Under the pieces are notes generated by a model, which saw nothing but the letters and a program-made list of their open reading frames with translations, had not been told where the DNA came from and did no database searches. From the IMG/VR virus record IMGVR_UViG_3300029705_000018: 64,000 bases of DNA. The stretch is one strand, 5' to 3'. Shown piece after piece: positions 58,814 through 64,000 of the stretch. Both the position numbers and the translations under genes were made by a program. Source of the stretch: a virus (lineage: Duplodnaviria; Heunggongvirae; Uroviricota; Caudoviricetes). Position 1 is the stretch's first letter. Every line of letters begins with the position of its first letter.

Positions 58814-59398
58814 ATGGCTATTTTTAATGTAAAGAACAGAGGTGCTAGTTGGGTCACCTATAAGATTCCAGAAGACGGAATCCGCAGAAGTTTTGCTCCC
58901 GGCGAAGTAAAGAAAGTTAGCGATGTTGAATTGGAAAAGCTAACTTATCAGCCTGGTGGTATGGTTATTCTTTCCCAGTTCCTTCAGATTCAAGACGAAG
59001 TTGCTCTAAGAAATTTGAATATTCGTACTGAGCCTGAGTATCATATGAGCGAAGCAGATGTTGCTGCTTTGATTAGAACTGGTTCTTTAGATGCTTTCTT
59101 AGATGCTCTTGATTTTGCTCCAGCTGGAGTTATTGATTTGATCAAGAAGTTGAGCTTGGAAATTCCTCTAATGGATTTGGGTAAGAGAAAGGCTTTGAAA
59201 GATAAGACTGGTCTTGATGTCGATGCTGCTCTAAAGAACAGAGAAGCTGAGAAGGAAGACGAGAATGGTGGAAATACCATCCTAAAGCAGACTGAGCGTA
59301 GAGTGAAGACTGAGGAAGTCGCTCCTGGTCGTCGTACCACTACTCCTAAGTACAATATTATTAAGACAGAGCCAGCAGCTGATAAAGCTACTGAATAA
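58814..59398 (+). CDS. hypothetical structural protein
   Basis: 194 aa. Confidence 0.4.
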   Translation: MAIFNVKNRGASWVTYKIPEDGIRRSFAPGEVKKVSDVELEKLTYQPGGMVILSQFLQIQDEVALRNLNIRTEPEYHMSEADVAALIRTGSLDAFLDALDFAPAGVIDLIKKLSLEIPLMDLGKRKALKDKTGLDVDAALKNREAEKEDENGGNTILKQTERRVKTEEVAPGRRTTTPKYNIIKTEPAADKATE

Positions 59399-59420
59399 TA
59401 AAATATAAGGAGGCAATTAT

Positions 59421-59999
59421 ATGACATTATTTTCGTCTGTCTATAATCGCTTTCTTGGACAAGTTACCGATGACCTCTATCTAGAGCTCACTCCAGAAGA
59501 TACATTAAGAGATTTACAAAATCTTTTGCTTAATGCAATTCCGGGTTTTGAATTTCCTAGACAAAATCTTTATGATTATACTCTTAATTTGACAGAAAAG
59601 CTGGAAAGTGATGTAACCCCTGATGAATTTATTTTAGGTACTATCTGGGGTAATTTAGATGGAGAATTATTAGAAACTCCTAAAGTCCTAGTAGATAATT
59701 CACATTTTAATGTTGAACTTACTGCTGAGGAAATTAATATCTTGGCGCTTTTAATGAAACAAGGTTGGGTTCAGCGTCAAGTAACTTCAATTGAAAATAC
59801 TCGTATGAAATATAGTGGAAGCGATTTTAAAATGACTTCTCAAGCTAATCATTTATCTAAGTTATTAGCTTTGTTAGAAGAGAGTCGAAGAGATTCTTTC
59901 CATATGCAAAGACTATATAAGCGTCGTAAATTTACGGCCGATGGTAAATATGCCTCCAACTGGGGCAGTTTAATGGAGACTAGTGCTCTTGATTACTAA
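59421..59999 (+). CDS. hypothetical structural protein
   Basis: 192 aa. Confidence 0.4.
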   Translation: MTLFSSVYNRFLGQVTDDLYLELTPEDTLRDLQNLLLNAIPGFEFPRQNLYDYTLNLTEKLESDVTPDEFILGTIWGNLDGELLETPKVLVDNSHFNVELTAEEINILALLMKQGWVQRQVTSIENTRMKYSGSDFKMTSQANHLSKLLALLEESRRDSFHMQRLYKRRKFTADGKYASNWGSLMETSALDY

Positions 60000-60210
60000 G
60001 TATGGTTTTGAATTTCGTGTGTATGATATTGAAGTAAATGTTCGTCGCTTAACCAACCAATTATGGAAGCTAATTCCAATGCGCGAACACGAAGAAGATT
60101 GGCTGAAACAATTAGATACAGTAACTATTGAGATTGCGGGACTGAATGAAATTTTTACAGGCCCGCAATTTTTACAGATGTTATGTAAATTAGAGGGATT
60201 AAAGACCTAG
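59983..60210 (+). CDS. hypothetical protein (GTG start)
   Basis: 75 aa, overlapping the upstream stop codon. Confidence 0.3.
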   Translation: MLLITKYGFEFRVYDIEVNVRRLTNQLWKLIPMREHEEDWLKQLDTVTIEIAGLNEIFTGPQFLQMLCKLEGLKT

Positions 60211-60277
60211 GAAACAGAATTTGAGCTATATCGCAAAACTGTGTTTGAATGCATTAGTTTATTGTAGGAGCTAAACC

Positions 60278-61324
60278 ATGGCATCAGGTTATGATTTAAG
60301 TAGTCAAATCCCTTTTAGATTGATGAAAGGCCGATTAGGAGTTTATGATAAAAGAAAGTTTGATCCAAAGAAGAGTGGGGTTGATGGAGTTCTTCATCAA
60401 TCAGCTCGTATGGGACAAGCTGGCGGTAATCTATAGCAAGAGCGAATGATTAAAGATAAACGTCGTTCTTTAGACCATGCGGTTTGGTATTCTTATCAAG
60501 GTGCAAAAGTTATTCCTGTAGATGCGAGCGATCGGACGCCGATCCGCGCACTTATCAATCCGAATAAGTTGAAAATGGATTATGATGATAAAATTATTTC
60601 AGTGGGCTATGAATATAACTTTGCTCCTGGAACGGTTTTTGAGTGGGTTGGTACAGGAACTTATTGGATTGTACAATTACAAGATTTAACTGAATTAGCT
60701 TATTTTCGTGGAGATATAAGAAGATGCCGTTATGAAATTGCTTGGGAAGATGAAAACGGTAAGCATAAAACTTATGCGGCTGTTAGAGGTCCCGTTGAAA
60801 CGAAAATCAATTATATTCAAAAGCATGGAATAAGTGTTGATACTCCTAATCTTTCGCTGAATCTTTATTTACCATTAAATGAAGATACAAAAAATTATTT
60901 CAAACGTTATTCTAAATTTTATTTGTAGAATGATGATACTTGTTGGCGTGTTGAAGCTCTTGATTGGATTTCTACTCCTGGTATTTTAGAGATTGCCGCA
61001 GTTGAATATTATGCAAATGAATTTGAAGATGATGTTGAAAATGGTGTTGTAGATGGATTAATTGAAGAAATTCCAGATCCAAATGTAGCTGGTGGTAAGA
61101 TTATTGGTGATACCTTCATTAAAATTAGACAACCTGCTGTGTTTAAATTTGATGGTAATATTGGAGCAGTCTGGGAAGTGGATAAAAAATATCCTGTGAC
61201 CTTAGATATTGATAAAGATGATCCTCGTATAGTAGTAGTTACCTGGGAAGGATCATTCAGCGGTTAGTTTGAATTGAGATATTCAAAATATAGTAAGACT
61301 ATTGTAGTAGAATCTCTATTTTAA
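60278..61324 (+). CDS. hypothetical tail-region protein with three in-frame TAG codons
   Basis: ATG at 60278 (GGAG ribosome-binding site). The six-frame ORF 60446..60928 is in the same frame. TAGs at 60434, 60926 and 61265. The frame ends at TAA 61322-61324. Invisible to a standard-code ORF scan. Confidence 0.45.
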
Positions 61325-61350
61325 GAACTAAGAGTAAAAGGAGTGTTTAT

Positions 61351-61941
61351 ATGAAAATTGAAACTTATACATATCCTAAGTCTAGTTTTTTAGCTTTAGA
61401 AAAGGATATGGGTATTATTGTTTAGATGATTATGAAAAATGATCGTTTAAAGAAAATGCTTTATTACACAACCAAGGATTGTTTAGATAGACCAAAACTA
61501 ACTAAAATGTAGACCAATAGTTTATTTGGAGAGCAAATAAAAATTGTTCCAAAATTATATATAGATCATTCTGTATTAAATTATATTATCGTTAGTTTTG
61601 ATAATTTTGTACCAAATCGTACTAATCCAGAATTTAGAGATAATATTATTGAATTTGATATTATTTGTCATTATGATCAATGGCATATGAAAGATTTTGA
61701 ATTGCGTCCATATAAAATTGCAGCAGAATTAGATTCTATGTTTAGTGAATAGCATTTAACTGGCATTGGTAAATTAGAATTTAATGGTGCTAATCAAATT
61801 TTACTTACCGATGAATATGCTGGTTTATGTATTACTTTTAGAGCAATCCATGGAGAAGAAGATAAAAAATTTATGCCGAATCCAATGGATGAAGAGGCAT
61901 TTATTGAGAACTTTAATGCAATTTTTAATGAGGATAAATAA
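61351..61941 (+). CDS. hypothetical protein with three in-frame TAG codons
   Basis: AAAGGAG ribosome-binding site and ATG at 61351. About 196 codons read continuously once TAG is treated as sense. No standard-code ORF exists here. Confidence 0.4.
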
Positions 61942-61943
61942 TT

Positions 61944-62669
61944 ATGGATACTAGATTAGCTCTAATGTGTGGAGCTGATTATCCAGTTCCAGAATTATAG
62001 ATTACAGTTCATTAGCCTCAAATAAAAGAAATTGCATATATTGGGGAGACAGATTTTTTCTCAGGAGTTCAATGTTTGTGTTTGAATAAATCTATGTTTG
62101 TAAAGGACGAAAGTGATTTACTCAATACGAGCAACTTTTAGATATTTATGACGATAATGTCAGAAAAAGAAGCGGCAGATAAAAAAAGAGCTGTTTAGCA
62201 AGTTTGTTCTTTGTTTTTTCCAAAACATAGATTGCTGATGACACCACGCTCTGTGCTATTAAGTGATGGCTCAGCAAATATTCAAATTGATGAAACTAAC
62301 TTTGAATTTTTACAAAATGCTATATCAACTATTTGCTGTTTAAAAACTGGCCCTATGGATCAGACAACTTTCAATCCCGCAGATGCTAAAGCGAGAGAGA
62401 TCGCTGAAAAACTTATGCGAGGACGTTAGAGAGTTGCGGCTCAAAAGGGCGAAACTAACACAAGTATATTTAGCCAATATCTTTCAATCATTACTGTAGG
62501 ACTACATTCAATGTCTCTACAAGACGCGACTGAATTGACCATGTTCCAATTATACGATTTAGTTGAAAGATATATGCTATATATTAATTGGGATATGGAT
62601 ATTCGGTCTCGGTTGGCTGGCGCAAAGCCGGATTCTTAGCCGGATAACTGGATGAAAAATATCCACTAA
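61944..62669 (+). CDS. hypothetical protein with six in-frame TAG codons
   Basis: ATG at 61944 overlaps the upstream stop. The six-frame ORF 62211..62429 is in the same frame. 241 codons up to TAA at 62667. Confidence 0.4.
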
Positions 62670-62692
62670 TATTTTTAAGGAGGATACTACCT

Positions 62693-63745
62693 ATGAAATT
62701 TGGCGTTCGCGAAATTTGTGATGTCGTTCTAAAGGCAAAGGCCGCTCAGAAGGTTGGTAATAAAGTCTTCTATAAGAATGAGCCTGTTATTTATTTCGAC
62801 ACTTTGAAGACTTCCAGCATGGAAGGTACTGCTACTACTTCTTACGCACAGGGCGGTCGTGGTAACTCTCGTCTAATCGCTTGGGAAGGTGAGAGAACTG
62901 TTACTTTCACTATGGAAGATGCATTGATCTCTCCCGCTGGCTTCATGATTCTATCTGGTGCTGGCTTGGTTGAGGCTACTTCTAAGAACACTCTAAAGGT
63001 TCACACTACTGAGCAGACTAATAAGGTTAGAGTTGAAGGTACTGAAGTTCAGATTGTTTTGACTCAAAAGCCTTACGTTGGTAAAATGAATGCTGATGGT
63101 GCTTTAGTTGGTGCTCATGAAGATTTAATTTATGTTATGAAGTTAGATAATGGCGAAGTTGCTACTGAACCATATATTCCTGATCACAATGCTGTTACCG
63201 CTGTTGTCTTTGATGAAGAGAGCGATTGGTATGCACCTATGGCTGATGGTACTTCTGAAGACGAGGCCGATGGTTGGATGATTGTATTGAATGGTGCCGC
63301 TGTCACTGGCGCAAGACCTTCTCGTGAAGCTAACCCTGGTTTTGATGAAGTAAATGTATTTGCTAACGAAGATGTCGTATTGGTCGACTATTATGTTGAA
63401 CACGCATCTGCCGCACAGCAGATTGAGATTACTCCCGACAAGTTCGGTGGTAACTACTACTTAGAGGCTTCTACTCTATTCCGTGATACTAACGGTGTTG
63501 ATATGCCTGCTGAGTTCATCATTCCTAACTGCAAGATTCAGTCTAACTTCACTTTCACCATGGCTTCTTCTGGTGATCCATCTACTTTCACCTTCACCAT
63601 GGACGCATTCCCAGACTACACTCGCTTCGATCCTACTAAGAAGGTTCTAGCTGCTATCCAGATCATCCAGACTGGTAACGCTGCTGAAGTCGGAGCACGT
63701 ACTCGTACTTCTCACGATCCTGCTCACGAGAAGTATTTGATGTAA
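62693..63745 (+). CDS. putative major tail protein (tube or sheath)
   Basis: 350 aa. AAGGAGG ribosome-binding site. Ser/Thr/Gly-rich beta-type composition. Followed by a strong terminator. Confidence 0.35.
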   Translation: MKFGVREICDVVLKAKAAQKVGNKVFYKNEPVIYFDTLKTSSMEGTATTSYAQGGRGNSRLIAWEGERTVTFTMEDALISPAGFMILSGAGLVEATSKNTLKVHTTEQTNKVRVEGTEVQIVLTQKPYVGKMNADGALVGAHEDLIYVMKLDNGEVATEPYIPDHNAVTAVVFDEESDWYAPMADGTSEDEADGWMIVLNGAAVTGARPSREANPGFDEVNVFANEDVVLVDYYVEHASAAQQIEITPDKFGGNYYLEASTLFRDTNGVDMPAEFIIPNCKIQSNFTFTMASSGDPSTFTFTMDAFPDYTRFDPTKKVLAAIQIIQTGNAAEVGARTRTSHDPAHEKYLM

Positions 63746-63765
63746 TTTACAATTAAATAACTTTT

Positions 63766-63805
63766 TAGGGGAGAGATAAGAAATTATCTCTCCCCTTTTT
63801 TGTTT
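63766..63805 (+). terminator. rho-independent terminator
   Basis: GGGGAGAGATAAGAAATTATCTCTCCCC followed by TTTTTTG. Confidence 0.7.
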
Positions 63806-63829
63806 TATCCGGAGAGAAAGGAGAAAATA

Positions 63830-64000
63830 ATGGGTATTGGTAGTGAATTTGCTAGAAGAAATATTATTGAAGGATATGCCGATAAAAATCCTTTTTGGGA
63901 CCCTTATAGCGGAACTCCATAGTATTCTTTATTAAACCAAGTTTCAGTGCCAGATAACACTGCAATTAGAAACTATTAGATTGCAAAAATTCGTGAATGT
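63830..64000 (+). CDS. hypothetical protein (5' part; continues beyond the window) with in-frame TAGs
   Basis: AAAGGAGAAAATAATG start. The frame reads MGIGSEFARRNIIEGYADKNPFWDPYSGTP-(TAG)-YSLLNQVSVPDNTAIRNY-(TAG)-IAKI... Confidence 0.35.

Overview
This window looks like part of a large virulent phage genome, AT-rich, with strong Shine-Dalgarno sites that suggest a Firmicutes-type host. It contains at least 30 tRNA genes, all on the minus strand, in the first 13.6 kb, and the first 48 kb of the window read almost entirely on the minus strand.

Overall layout:
- 0-13.6 kb: a minus-strand tRNA array with a few protein genes and two GC-rich, ORF-free regions that look like structured RNA.
- 13-48 kb: minus-strand early genes. 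They include nucleotide-metabolism enzymes (FolD, nucleoside 2-deoxyribosyltransferase-like, HD hydrolase, HAD 5'-nucleotidase, DEDDh exonuclease), peptidases, zinc-ribbon nucleases, and many small proteins of unknown function.
- 13-33 kb genes are driven by a conserved ~55-nt AT-rich promoter element present at least 17 times.
- 33-46 kb genes are driven by consensus TTGACA-N17-TATAAT promoters whose -35 box sits in the loop of the upstream gene's terminator hairpin.
- 29.8-31 kb: a regulatory hub with divergent promoters, a TGTAATAC operator-like repeat, a ribbon-helix-helix regulator, an HTH protein and a dense TTGCAA iteron array.
- 49-64 kb: a plus-strand late module (putative terminase large subunit, portal, scaffold/protease, major capsid, tail genes).

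Main observations:
- TAG appears to be read as a sense codon, most likely Gln. Late genes are riddled with in-frame TAGs (terminase 3, portal 2, tail genes 3-6 each). In a papain-like peptidase the in-frame TAG aligns with the conserved oxyanion-hole Gln. A few early genes carry single in-frame TAGs too.
- No tRNA with a CUA anticodon could be decoded in this window, although the set includes tRNA-Gln(CTG) and tRNA-Gln(TTG).
- A ~1.25-kb GC-rich, promoter-driven, ORF-free segment inside the tRNA array is a candidate large structured ncRNA.
- A promoter + GC-hairpin + terminator mini-module is dispersed about 7 times through 34-45.5 kb.
- Two tRNAs with A34 anticodons (AGT, AGA) are unusual for a bacterial system.

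All coordinates and anticodons were derived by hand from the sequence. tRNA boundaries are accurate to a few nucleotides.
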